A stretch of DNA of 64,000 nucleotides from Nitrosopumilaceae archaeon (lineage in GTDB: Archaea; Thermoproteota; Nitrososphaeria; Nitrososphaerales; Nitrosopumilaceae): contig OZ242365.1 in the NCBI GenBank assembly GCA_965208905.1, positions 736,001 to 800,000 of the forward strand, read 5' to 3'. The notes beneath the pieces were generated by a model. That model saw only the letters and a list, made by a program, of their open reading frames with translations, made no database searches and was not told the origin of the DNA. Below, one piece after another: positions 1 to 9,685 of this stretch; position 1 is the stretch's first letter; every line of letters starts with the position of its first letter. The position numbers and the translations under genes were made by a program.

Positions 1-6
1 AATAAT

Positions 7-3000
7 GTGAAATACATATGCAAGTTTATGTGGACGTGGTTTGCGTTTGTATTGCTTATCATATCTGGAGTGTCTATCCCTGTATTGGCGCTCGAGTACC
101 CTGATTTTGCGCAAGATGCACCCAACTACACATCAAATATAGTACAGTTTGATCCCAGCACGTTTCAATCGTATAATCTACACCGCTATATCACAGATAC
201 TGGTATAGTGGTGCAGGATGACTCTTGGCCAAATGTACTATTTGGCGCCATGCGTGACATAAAACTGACACAGCACAATCAGGCAGCAGATATAGGACAT
301 GTTACCGGCTCCACAGTTGCCAATAATATGTATAATGCCACCGGTAAAGGTGTTGTAGTGGCCGTAGTGGACTCGGGTGTGGACTTTTCCAATCCAGACC
401 TGATACATGCAATAGCCAGGGATAAGAACAACTATCCTATAATGCTGGACCCTGACGGGCAGGGCATAGTGATAACAAATGCAACCTTTGCATCCAACAT
501 AGATGACAACGGTATAATACGAAATATCGAAGATATTGGAAATCACACATCAAGAGTGTATGTGGATGACGCCGGCGTATATCTGGATGTGTACCAACAA
601 GGGGTGGGAACCGAACTAGCTGTATACAATACATTTTACCCAATGCTGGGAAGTTCGCCAATACTGACAGGTTTGATGGATGATGATTTGAAGATCGGTG
701 ACAACAACCGAGACTTTATACGGTCCCAGAGCGGAGTGTATCACTTTGGTGTCGCACTGTTACTTAGTGGGAATCAAATTCTGGTGGTACCATTGTTGAT
801 AGTGGATTCGCAGACTGCTGGCATATATGATACAGTAATACCTGACATGTCTACATCCTGGGCAGACTTTATGCTACGTATAGGCTCAGATGACTCTCCA
901 AAACTAGACTTTGACTTTACTGATGAGACGCCCATCATACTGGGTAGCGGAAATGAAGTACTAGTGTATGATCACAATGATGATGGCTACGGAGACTATA
1001 GCGCTGGCGTGCTGGGCGCCCGAGTCTTGGATGTATATGGTGCAATATCAAATACTACTACCCCTGACGACTACATCACTGGGTCCATAAATGCAACACT
1101 ACTAGAACCTCTGGATGTGGACGGCAATTATCTAGGTATAATGACTGACTATAGTTACCATGGCACGGCAGTGGCTGGCGTCATATCATCTAGAGGCAGT
1201 CAATCGTATGATATATACAATGATACTGAACTTTACACAATTCCAGGAGTCGCTCCTGATGCCAAAATATTACCCGTCAAGGCGTTATGGTATGGTAGTG
1301 TCGAATACGGCTGGCTGTGGGCTGCTGGTATGGAGAATGATGGTGGTGGATGGGAGTACACCGGCGAGGAACGCGCTCATATAATAACGAACAGTTGGAG
1401 CGTACCTACATTTCCCAATGTAGAGGAGGCGCCCGGCTATGACCAGCTATCTACATTAGCCAACACATTAACCACGCCCGGCGCCCTGCATCAGAACCAT
1501 CCTGGTGTAGTAATGATAGCCAGCGCCGGAAATTCAGGTCATGGATATGGTACCATCAGCTTACCTGGCGCTGCATCATTGGTATTATCGGCCGGAGCGA
1601 GCACCAGCTCTGCATACGTAAACACTCCGATATTTGAGGGACAGCCTCGATTTGGCAACTCTACCATACATGATAATCATTTGGTGGACTTTTCCAGTAG
1701 GGGTCCGGGTATAATAGGTGATACAAAACCAGATCTGGTATCCATGGGAGCTTATGGTTTCTCACTTGGTATGGTAACCAAAACTGATGTAGACTCCGAA
1801 GACGAACCATACAGACTATTTGGAGGTACATCCATGTCTGCACCCCTGATTGCTGGAGTTGCTGCCATTATAATCGAGCAGCTAACAACAAACGATATGC
1901 CGTATACGCCATTTACAATAAAGAATATACTAATGTCAACTGCCAACGACATGGGAAATGACCCCCTTGTACAGGGGGCCGGACTTGTAAATGCAACCAG
2001 AGCATCTGAGTATGTGGCCGGTGATGGGCCGTTCCTGGTCACTAATGATATGTCGTATACAAACATTCGTGAGGCGACACTACCTGCCATCCAGTCATTG
2101 AACAATACAATATTTGGAATTGATCATATTGCAGTACCGCCAAAGTCGTACCCCATGAGTAGTTGGTTTGCTGGCCATCTACAACATAACCAAAAGAGTG
2201 CAACTACATTTACAGTAACAAATCCCACAGACCGGCCCATCACAATACAGGTACAACCACAGACCGTTTCAATATTACAGCAAGGAGATGTGAATCTAAC
2301 CACTATCCCCCGCCAACAAGATATTGTAATGAACGATGATGGTGTATATGCCCCCAATTACGTACTGTTGTCGGATGTACGACAGACATCAACACTATCT
2401 GAGATATTTGCTCCCAACGACATACCAGAGTCCTCACTCTTGGTCTTGAATGTCAACTTTGACTTTGATGAATTTCTAAACTCTACTGCAGATGTATTCG
2501 CCGATGACTTTGTAATATCCTCATTATATCTATACGACTGGATTGATCGTAACGGTGATGGCGAGATAGAGGCTGGCGAGCTGGCCATGGTGAATAGAGC
2601 TGGAAATTGGGGAACTGTCCAAGAGATGAGAGTATCACATCCGCATCAGATATTTGACGGCATACCCGTTGTGGGGGTATACCCGGTACCTGTAAAGGCA
2701 TCATACTGGCGTGGGATTACCGATGTCAACGCCACTGCCATGGACTATACAATTACCGCCACATACTATGATAGGGTACACTGGCCGGATGTGTGGCTGG
2801 AGTCCAGCAGTATTGTGGTGCCTCCACAGTCCGAATATACAATAAACGCTGCCATCTCGGTTCCGCCCAACGTGGACAGCGGCATATATCAGGGATTTGT
2901 CACGTTCATGTCAGATACACATACAGTAAACGTACCTGTGTCATATGCTGTCACGCAACCAGTTACAGATGGTATGATACACCTTGTATCGGGCAATGAT

Positions 3001-3441
3001 GACAATGATACACTACTGTACTCACCTGGAATGGTACGGGGTTCATTTGATATGTCCGGGCGATACATGGCCGGAGAGTGGCGCCACCAATATGTGGATG
3101 TGCCCGAGAATGTCACCTCGGGTGTGATAGAGGTATCCTGGCAGTCCAATAATACCAGTATAGGAGTCTTTGTTGTAAGTCCTGAAGGAGACATAGTACA
3201 GAGTAATGCCAATCCGGGTGTCTTTGGACACTTTGCAGGCTGGCCTTCGGATGACTGGCTAGGATATAGCGTATTTAGCGAGGGTGGCGGATTCTTCCCG
3301 GTCAGCGGATGGAACGACACATCTACTACATTTAGTGTATTGATTGACGAGCCTGGCATATACTCGATAATGACTCATACAACACTATATGGAGGAGAGT
3401 CTCCTACCGAGCCCATTGTGATAACGGCTAGATTCGACTAG
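7..3441 (+). CDS. Secreted S8 (subtilisin-like) serine peptidase
   Basis: N-terminal signal peptide; catalytic motifs VVDSG (Asp), HGTAVAG (His), AGNSG (oxyanion Asn), GGTSMSAP (Ser). Confidence 0.9.
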   Translation: MKYICKFMWTWFAFVLLIISGVSIPVLALEYPDFAQDAPNYTSNIVQFDPSTFQSYNLHRYITDTGIVVQDDSWPNVLFGAMRDIKLTQHNQAADIGHVTGSTVANNMYNATGKGVVVAVVDSGVDFSNPDLIHAIARDKNNYPIMLDPDGQGIVITNATFASNIDDNGIIRNIEDIGNHTSRVYVDDAGVYLDVYQQGVGTELAVYNTFYPMLGSSPILTGLMDDDLKIGDNNRDFIRSQSGVYHFGVALLLSGNQILVVPLLIVDSQTAGIYDTVIPDMSTSWADFMLRIGSDDSPKLDFDFTDETPIILGSGNEVLVYDHNDDGYGDYSAGVLGARVLDVYGAISNTTTPDDYITGSINATLLEPLDVDGNYLGIMTDYSYHGTAVAGVISSRGSQSYDIYNDTELYTIPGVAPDAKILPVKALWYGSVEYGWLWAAGMENDGGGWEYTGEERAHIITNSWSVPTFPNVEEAPGYDQLSTLANTLTTPGALHQNHPGVVMIASAGNSGHGYGTISLPGAASLVLSAGASTSSAYVNTPIFEGQPRFGNSTIHDNHLVDFSSRGPGIIGDTKPDLVSMGAYGFSLGMVTKTDVDSEDEPYRLFGGTSMSAPLIAGVAAIIIEQLTTNDMPYTPFTIKNILMSTANDMGNDPLVQGAGLVNATRASEYVAGDGPFLVTNDMSYTNIREATLPAIQSLNNTIFGIDHIAVPPKSYPMSSWFAGHLQHNQKSATTFTVTNPTDRPITIQVQPQTVSILQQGDVNLTTIPRQQDIVMNDDGVYAPNYVLLSDVRQTSTLSEIFAPNDIPESSLLVLNVNFDFDEFLNSTADVFADDFVISSLYLYDWIDRNGDGEIEAGELAMVNRAGNWGTVQEMRVSHPHQIFDGIPVVGVYPVPVKASYWRGITDVNATAMDYTITATYYDRVHWPDVWLESSSIVVPPQSEYTINAAISVPPNVDSGIYQGFVTFMSDTHTVNVPVSYAVTQPVTDGMIHLVSGNDDNDTLLYSPGMVRGSFDMSGRYMAGEWRHQYVDVPENVTSGVIEVSWQSNNTSIGVFVVSPEGDIVQSNANPGVFGHFAGWPSDDWLGYSVFSEGGGFFPVSGWNDTSTTFSVLIDEPGIYSIMTHTTLYGGESPTEPIVITARFD

Positions 3442-3444
3442 TAA

Positions 3445-3933
3445 CTAAAACGGCGATACTACTGTTGGTGTACCAAGTGCAAAGACTACCGTATACGTCA
3501 AGACCCATATGAACAGAAACAGAAAGATATAACTGAATATACCCTGCGTGACAATCTTCTTTCTGTCTGACTTTGGTAGCGGTATACGCATGGATTTTGC
3601 CACAAATATGGTGGCCAGAAACAGTAATGCCATATATCCAATGGCGGCCCAGCGCCTCTCCTCACCCTCTACGGACTCAAAGATAAAGACGGCTGTCACT
3701 CCTGCAACTACTGCTAGTATGATTCGCAGCCAGAACAACTGGTCCAGCTTGCGGTTCTTGTCTAGCACATCAAAGTCTTTTACATCTGTGGGAGGCAGGG
3801 CACCCTCATCTATTGGCTGTGGTTTTGTGATGTCTTCTCCGGGGTCGGCAGGTTGAGGTTCTTCCTTTTCTATGGGCTTTGAGGGCTTATCGGGAAACCT
3901 TGGCGGCGACTTGCGTTTTTTATGTTTGGCCAA
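3445..3933 (-). CDS. Membrane protein with three TM helices (possibly EMC6/Rab5ip-like)
   Basis: TTG start; Lys/Pro-rich N-terminus followed by three hydrophobic segments; family assignment from recall only. Confidence 0.6.
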   Translation of the reverse strand: MAKHKKRKSPPRFPDKPSKPIEKEEPQPADPGEDITKPQPIDEGALPPTDVKDFDVLDKNRKLDQLFWLRIILAVVAGVTAVFIFESVEGEERRWAAIGYMALLFLATIFVAKSMRIPLPKSDRKKIVTQGIFSYIFLFLFIWVLTYTVVFALGTPTVVSPF

Positions 3934-3960
3934 TACAAAGTATTATCCTTTGCACTAGTC

Positions 3961-4485
3961 TTAATAGCTTTTGTCTTTTGAGTCTAAACGACGATCCTTT
4001 TTTACTGTATGATTGACCTTACCGTGTACGCGTCCAGTTCCCTGACACACCTTGCACGTGTTTATCTTCTCTATAAAGAGAAATCTACGCGTTATGTATC
4101 CGCGTCCATCACAGGATGTGCACTTTATTACATTGCTTGATTTTGGTTTGTTCTTCTTTTGCAGTGCTGCCTGACGTCGGGCGGCCTTACCGGGCTTGTA
4201 CGGATTGACTCTGGTCTGACGTGCCGAATTACTCTTCATCGTTCCATCATTGTTGTAATACTGTGGATACTCTGTATCTTGTGTGTCTGATTTATCACCA
4301 GGCTTGTGCTGTCTTTGTATGTAGTCCCAAGAGTGTCTTATGCGTTGAAGGTGTTCAGCAGCATCATCAGAGTCATTTCTGTCTGGGTGGTACTGCTTTA
4401 CCAACATACGATACTGCTGCTGGCACTCCTCATATGATGCCCCCCGCCGGACTCCCAACGTTTCATAAGGATCATAATCTCCCAT
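3961..4485 (-). CDS. Short J-domain protein with one DnaJ-type zinc centre
   Basis: DPYETLGV...YHPDRN J-domain; two CxxCxGxG motifs (CTSCDGRG, CKVCQGTG). Confidence 0.85.
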   Translation of the reverse strand: MGDYDPYETLGVRRGASYEECQQQYRMLVKQYHPDRNDSDDAAEHLQRIRHSWDYIQRQHKPGDKSDTQDTEYPQYYNNDGTMKSNSARQTRVNPYKPGKAARRQAALQKKNKPKSSNVIKCTSCDGRGYITRRFLFIEKINTCKVCQGTGRVHGKVNHTVKKDRRLDSKDKSY

Positions 4486-4536
4486 TATTATACTACATTT
4501 TACATATGGTATATTAGTACATGTTGGAGACCTACG

Positions 4537-5838
4537 TCAACGTAAGATGCCGGCCTGCGTTATCACAGATGTTGGCGGTGAACCGCCATTCAGAGGAGCT
4601 CTACTGAGATGTTCCTTGATGGTTGGACTTTGACGCCCATCCTTTGGACAGCCTGTGCCGGCCATCACGTCGTTAGCACTTGGGGGAAGCGTGCAAGTGC
4701 CAAGATGTATCTTTCCTCTCAAGACCACTCCGGCCTTGGTTTGCAGTGAATAAACGGCCTGCGCACGCTTACTCCACTGCACTGCATAAAAAGTGAATAA
4801 TATATTGAATGCCGCGTTTATATCAGCGTGCACCAGAACACCACAATCATGACACCGAAACTTACTGCTTTTGCGACATGTGTTTGTGCTGCCACACATG
4901 CAACATAGTTGTGAGGTGCCTTTCTGGTCTATTTCCATGTACTCGGTGTTATGTTGCAAAGCCTGCTGCGCTAGCAAGGCCCGCGCCTCACCACACTTAC
5001 TTTGTCGCATCAATCTATTCTTGGCTTTCTGACCCTTCCCTTTTGTGGTCATGGTGTGGAGATTCATGCCCTCCATGATGATTTTGTCACACTGTCTCAT
5101 CAGTTTCTTAGAGAACTTGCGCAGCTGGTCTTTCTGCTTATTCTCCATCTTTTTGTAGACTGATTGTAGCTGTGCATGCAGGCTGCGCCACTTGTGAGAA
5201 TAAAGTTTACAACGAGACATCTTTTTCTGTATTCGCGCGATATTCCGCAATGTGTCCTTCTCTCGAAGCGTAAGCATGGCAATACTGCCGTCTGACTTTC
5301 CAACAATAAGTGTGTGCTTGCCACCCATGTCAATCCCCGCATGTATACCGGTCGCTACGCGGTCCGGTATATGTTCACGTATAGTTACATGTAGTTCAAA
5401 TTGCCTTTCCTTATCAGCATGGTTTGTAACATCCACAAGCTTATATGACTGTGATGTGTGGGGGAGTGTACCTTTCTGCAGTTTGAAGGGCATGTTGCAC
5501 CTTGGGAGGTACACTATATCATCTTTGGACTTTTTACCCAACGGTATAGCGCTGTACAAAGGATATATCTTGCTCCCGTACTTCACATGACTGCAGCCTT
5601 CCATCGCGTGGCCTTCCTGGATTGCGCCACGAACCCAGGCCTGGGGAATGGTCTGAAGCAGTGTTGCTATTGTCATGGTGTCAAATACCGACAATCCAGC
5701 CCGCCGCGCCTCAATCCCCGCATTGAGCCACATATGTGATTCAGAATACATGGAGTTAAAGTACTTGGTGAGTTTGGTTGATGTCTTTAAACGGTACCGA
5801 AGGGTTCTAATAACGTATTGTGTACCATTGTACTTCAT
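4537..5838 (-). CDS. tnpB: TnpB RNA-guided endonuclease (copy 1)
   Basis: RuvC-I GIDMG, RuvC-II IIMEGMN, zinc finger TSQLCCMCG...CHDCG, RuvC-III HADINAAFNIL; no adjacent tnpA; close paralogue at 32109-33407. Confidence 0.92.
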   Translation of the reverse strand: MKYNGTQYVIRTLRYRLKTSTKLTKYFNSMYSESHMWLNAGIEARRAGLSVFDTMTIATLLQTIPQAWVRGAIQEGHAMEGCSHVKYGSKIYPLYSAIPLGKKSKDDIVYLPRCNMPFKLQKGTLPHTSQSYKLVDVTNHADKERQFELHVTIREHIPDRVATGIHAGIDMGGKHTLIVGKSDGSIAMLTLREKDTLRNIARIQKKMSRCKLYSHKWRSLHAQLQSVYKKMENKQKDQLRKFSKKLMRQCDKIIMEGMNLHTMTTKGKGQKAKNRLMRQSKCGEARALLAQQALQHNTEYMEIDQKGTSQLCCMCGSTNTCRKSSKFRCHDCGVLVHADINAAFNILFTFYAVQWSKRAQAVYSLQTKAGVVLRGKIHLGTCTLPPSANDVMAGTGCPKDGRQSPTIKEHLSRAPLNGGSPPTSVITQAGILR

Positions 5839-5859
5839 ATATGGTTTATCACTTGGTGA

Positions 5860-5869
5860 TATTTAAGCG
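5860..5869 (-). promoter_or_regulatory. TATA box of tnpB copy 1 (likely leaderless transcript)
   Basis: Minus strand CGCTTAAATA, 22-31 nt upstream of the ATG; same motif at the same spacing upstream of copy 2 (33429-33438). Confidence 0.65.
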
Positions 5870-6004
5870 TCTTGCCTGACTAACATCTATACCACAGACT
5901 GGTATGTTAGTTTGGTCACTGCACCACCGTACACCAGGTCACCAAGATGCACCAGTTCCGAAAAGAACCAAGATTTATAACCAAATCGACTCGTATATAT
6001 ATAG

Positions 6005-6604
6005 ATGGCAGAGGTACAACAAACCGGTGGTCTGTCACGCCGTGATTTTCTAAAACTGATGGGTGCTGCTGGAACGGGATTGGCGTTTGCACCCTTTGTG
6101 CCTTGGGGAAATTTTATGCCAAATCCCAGCGGAGCAACCCTAGAGAAGGTTCCCGTAGAGTTGCCTGATGGTACACAGGCAAATGTAAAGACATTTCCAA
6201 CCAATTATGCCGAGGTCATTACATATCCCAAGACCGGCGACAGGGTACTAGACGAGGAGGCATTTAGAAAGTGGCAGTTCATAAGACTACCAGAAGAGAT
6301 GGGGGGCTCTGCCAATGATGTATCGGCCTTTAGAGCGTTCTCCATGGTCTGCCTGCATCTGTGGTGTCTGTGGAAGTACTATCCATCTGAAGATAAGAAG
6401 AGGGGTGAATGCCCATGCCATGGTTCGATATATGATCCCATAACTGGTACTGCTGTGGCCGGACCCGCATCCCTGCAGGCGGCCCCTTCGGATACATTAC
6501 CTAAACTGGACTTTGAGGCTGATGCAGATGGCTTTTTGTGGATTCTTCCCCCGGTGTGGGGTATCAATGAAAATGGTGTAGTAGGATATGGCCGTCTCAC
6601 TTAG
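6005..6604 (+). CDS. Rieske 2Fe-2S subunit of bc-type complex III
   Basis: Tat signal SRRDFLK; CLHLWC and CPCHGS motifs. Confidence 0.95.
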   Translation: MAEVQQTGGLSRRDFLKLMGAAGTGLAFAPFVPWGNFMPNPSGATLEKVPVELPDGTQANVKTFPTNYAEVITYPKTGDRVLDEEAFRKWQFIRLPEEMGGSANDVSAFRAFSMVCLHLWCLWKYYPSEDKKRGECPCHGSIYDPITGTAVAGPASLQAAPSDTLPKLDFEADADGFLWILPPVWGINENGVVGYGRLT

Positions 6605-8060
6605 CCGACGAACAGGCGCCGTCGCCTTCTTCTACTGGATATGGGATGGACTGGACAGAACAATATTTACTGCCATAAAATTCTCATTTCCGGCTAGGTT
6701 TGTCAGCCCCTTTGGCTTTTTGGGCATGCTCACCTTTATTGTATTTGTAATACTTGGAGTCTCTGGGGCTCTGTTGATGTTCTATTACCAACCTATACTA
6801 GATAGGGCGTGGGACAGTGTAGAGTTCATCAACAATGAAGTACCATTTGGCTTCCATATACGCAACATTCACTATCACGGCTCAAACGCAATGGTGCTCT
6901 TGGCGGTTCTACACATGTACTATCAATACTTTAGTGGCCGCTACAAGATACGCAATGAAATACTATGGGTTACTGGCGTCATACTAGGTACTGTGACGAT
7001 ACTGGAGGCCTTTACCGGCTATGATATAATATTTAGTGAACGCGCCGAGCTGGCTATCAGCATTGCCGCATCTCTAACTAACTCGATACCTGTTGCCGGG
7101 CCGCTCATACGCGACGCTATGTTCGGCAGTGGATTCTCGGACTTTGTATTGAGATTCTATGCGCAACACGTCTTTATCTTGCCTTTGGTGATGTTGGGCC
7201 TTATGGCTGTACACTTTCCTAGGTTTCTGGTATTTGATGTCCCGATGGTCTTTGCCATTGGCGGCGCCATAATGTTGACGGGTGGTGTCTTCCCCATAGA
7301 TTTGGGTTTCAAGTTCCAACCCAATGTGCCGCCGGGAATCACGGTTCCAGAATGGTATCTGACTGGATTGTACGCATTTCTGCGCACTCAATATGACAAA
7401 TTTGTTACTGGCGTGTTGTGGCCCGGTCTCTTCATAGCCTCGTTGCTTTTGGTCCCATTTCTGGACAGATACAAAAAGTTCTCCTGGAAGGATCGTCCCA
7501 TGATTACAGCATTTGGTATTACAGGAATTGCGCAGATAATGGTGACCACCTATTGGGGCTTTTACATCCCTGCAGACACCACCTTGGCACTGGTAGACCG
7601 GCTGGTAATAGACCCTGTATTCTTGTATCTTGTAATGATACTCTTGGTTCCGATGAGCTTTGGATTCACGTACATGATGATAAAACTGGCCAAGGAGGCT
7701 GAGCGCAAGGCAAAGCTTGCCAAAGAGAAGGGACCCAAGCAGGTGTCCACAATTCGCCTATCTCAACAGTGGATAAACTGGCTTGTGGTGGCACTATTGG
7801 CATTCCAGGTCTTTTTGAACATAGCTGCGTATAATGCGGCCTTGACTGGCATGAAGAATATCGAGCTCTTCTTGGTGGGTATGATAATGATTACCTTTGC
7901 TGGGTTCTTCCACCTGTACAGGTATAGCATGAACGAGTCAAAGAAGGCTCCCCCGCCCCCGCCACCAAAGACTGATATGCCACAACTGGCTGAGGCCGAA
8001 AAGGTACCTGAAGTTGAGTCCGAGAAGGCCGTACCTGAAAAGCCACCCATCACCAAGTAG
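6588..8060 (+). CDS. petB: Cytochrome b of complex III
   Basis: Haem-ligating His residues (RNIHYH, VLHMY, AQHVF, AVHFP); PEWY motif; many TM helices. Confidence 0.95.
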   Translation: MAVSLSRRTGAVAFFYWIWDGLDRTIFTAIKFSFPARFVSPFGFLGMLTFIVFVILGVSGALLMFYYQPILDRAWDSVEFINNEVPFGFHIRNIHYHGSNAMVLLAVLHMYYQYFSGRYKIRNEILWVTGVILGTVTILEAFTGYDIIFSERAELAISIAASLTNSIPVAGPLIRDAMFGSGFSDFVLRFYAQHVFILPLVMLGLMAVHFPRFLVFDVPMVFAIGGAIMLTGGVFPIDLGFKFQPNVPPGITVPEWYLTGLYAFLRTQYDKFVTGVLWPGLFIASLLLVPFLDRYKKFSWKDRPMITAFGITGIAQIMVTTYWGFYIPADTTLALVDRLVIDPVFLYLVMILLVPMSFGFTYMMIKLAKEAERKAKLAKEKGPKQVSTIRLSQQWINWLVVALLAFQVFLNIAAYNAALTGMKNIELFLVGMIMITFAGFFHLYRYSMNESKKAPPPPPPKTDMPQLAEAEKVPEVESEKAVPEKPPITK

Positions 8061-8218
8061 TGACCTCTCCCAAAGAGAGAGAATGGTCTCAATTCCTTGA
8101 AACTATGTCCACCCATCATGCACACCATACATCGTATTATAAGACATCTGAAGCTACATCTGCAAGACACCTTAGTTTTTTCTAGAAAGATTATATTAGA
8201 TTGTAAGTACGCAAAAAC

Positions 8219-8686
8219 GTGAGCCAAGTTAGTACTACTAGTCCTGCATATGGTATAGGACTGATTACAGTCATTGTTGGCGTAGCCGCCAGCTTGGTAT
8301 TTTATCAAGTATTCTATCTGCCTGAGAGTCTACTAAAGCCCAGCGTTGATGAGCATATACTACATCCGGTAGGCCAAACAGAGGTGGAGATGATTCTAGG
8401 CTCTTCGGATGCCAACCAGGATGCTAACTTTGTTCCAAAGCAACTGAACATACAACTTGGTATAGACAACCACGTAATATGGAACAATGTGGACGATACT
8501 GCGCATACAGTAACTCCTGATCACCGTGTAGAAGACTCATACAGTGGTGAGTTTGGTAGCGATGGGGTCATAATGCCAGGAGACTCTTATGAGTTTCTCT
8601 TTACAGAGGATGTCGAGACCGGCTACTTTTGCATTCCACACCCATGGATGACTGGTGAGCTGATCGTAACAAAGCAGAGATTCTAA
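8219..8686 (+). CDS. Membrane-anchored plastocyanin-like blue copper protein
   Basis: N-terminal TM helix; HTVT and YFCIPHPWM type-1 copper ligands; lies downstream of Rieske/cytochrome b. Confidence 0.9.
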   Translation: MSQVSTTSPAYGIGLITVIVGVAASLVFYQVFYLPESLLKPSVDEHILHPVGQTEVEMILGSSDANQDANFVPKQLNIQLGIDNHVIWNNVDDTAHTVTPDHRVEDSYSGEFGSDGVIMPGDSYEFLFTEDVETGYFCIPHPWMTGELIVTKQRF

Positions 8687-8773
8687 GCACTACATGGTTT
8701 ATCTAGTATATGTTGTTCCATATTTGACATTTCAGACATACCTTTATGATACATATACACTAACCATACACGA

Positions 8774-9685
8774 ATGAAGAGATTATTGATAACCGGCTCA
8801 TCGGGCTTTATAGGACACAATCTGACTCAAAAATGTCAGCAGGCCGGCTATGACACATATGGGTTGGAGAGGCGAGCCTCTAATCTACCAAATATTATAC
8901 ACGGTGACCTCACTGACCCATCACTATCTGTTGGCGAGCATACCTTTGACTGTGTATTTCATCTTGGTTCTGCAACACCATTGGAGCGTGACACAAAAAG
9001 GCTACATCAAGTAAACGTAGATGGCACCAAAAATCTCTGGAATGCGATATCTGATAAAACCAAATCTGTGATATATGTCTCTGGTTTAGGCATATACGGC
9101 AATGTCAAAGGAGCCATATCTGAATCTACACCATATAACCCAGATACCGAGTTTGCGCGCATGCGCCTAGAGTCTCATGCATATCTGCAAGAGCAGTGCA
9201 AAAATTCAGGCATAAAGTTTAGTGCTGCAATTCTTGGTGATGTGTACGGGCCCGGAGGCTGGTTTAAGAATATCATAGTGGATAAACTACAGAACAACAA
9301 CCCATTTCTGATGCCGGGAGGAGGCAAGTACCAAAAGGCATTCTTGAGTGTGGATGATGCTGCCGGGAGCATACTGTCAATATATGAGAGCGGACTACAA
9401 CTGCCACTATACGTGGTGGCCAGTCCAGAGCAGGTTACATTCCGGGAGTTTTTGGAGTATGCCGCCAGACTGTTGAATGTTGGCCGCCCTCGTTCCATTC
9501 CAAAGTTTGCAGCCAAGATGGCTCTGGGCCCTGATCTGGTAAAGCTTCTCTGCACTCCTACATCCGTATCGAATGATGCTATATCGGAGATATACGAATT
9601 TGCACACCCACAATTTCAAGATGGTCTAACTGATACCATACAAAAGTTGCGCAACAACACATCACTGGACTATAACCAGACTTGA
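8774..9685 (+). CDS. NAD-dependent epimerase/dehydratase family protein
   Basis: LITGSSGFIG Rossmann motif; extended SDR layout. Confidence 0.85.
   Translation: MKRLLITGSSGFIGHNLTQKCQQAGYDTYGLERRASNLPNIIHGDLTDPSLSVGEHTFDCVFHLGSATPLERDTKRLHQVNVDGTKNLWNAISDKTKSVIYVSGLGIYGNVKGAISESTPYNPDTEFARMRLESHAYLQEQCKNSGIKFSAAILGDVYGPGGWFKNIIVDKLQNNNPFLMPGGGKYQKAFLSVDDAAGSILSIYESGLQLPLYVVASPEQVTFREFLEYAARLLNVGRPRSIPKFAAKMALGPDLVKLLCTPTSVSNDAISEIYEFAHPQFQDGLTDTIQKLRNNTSLDYNQT

Noticed and set aside
6005-8686. Complex III with a cupredoxin in place of cytochrome c1
   Set aside because: This is an established feature of ammonia-oxidising archaea, not novel.
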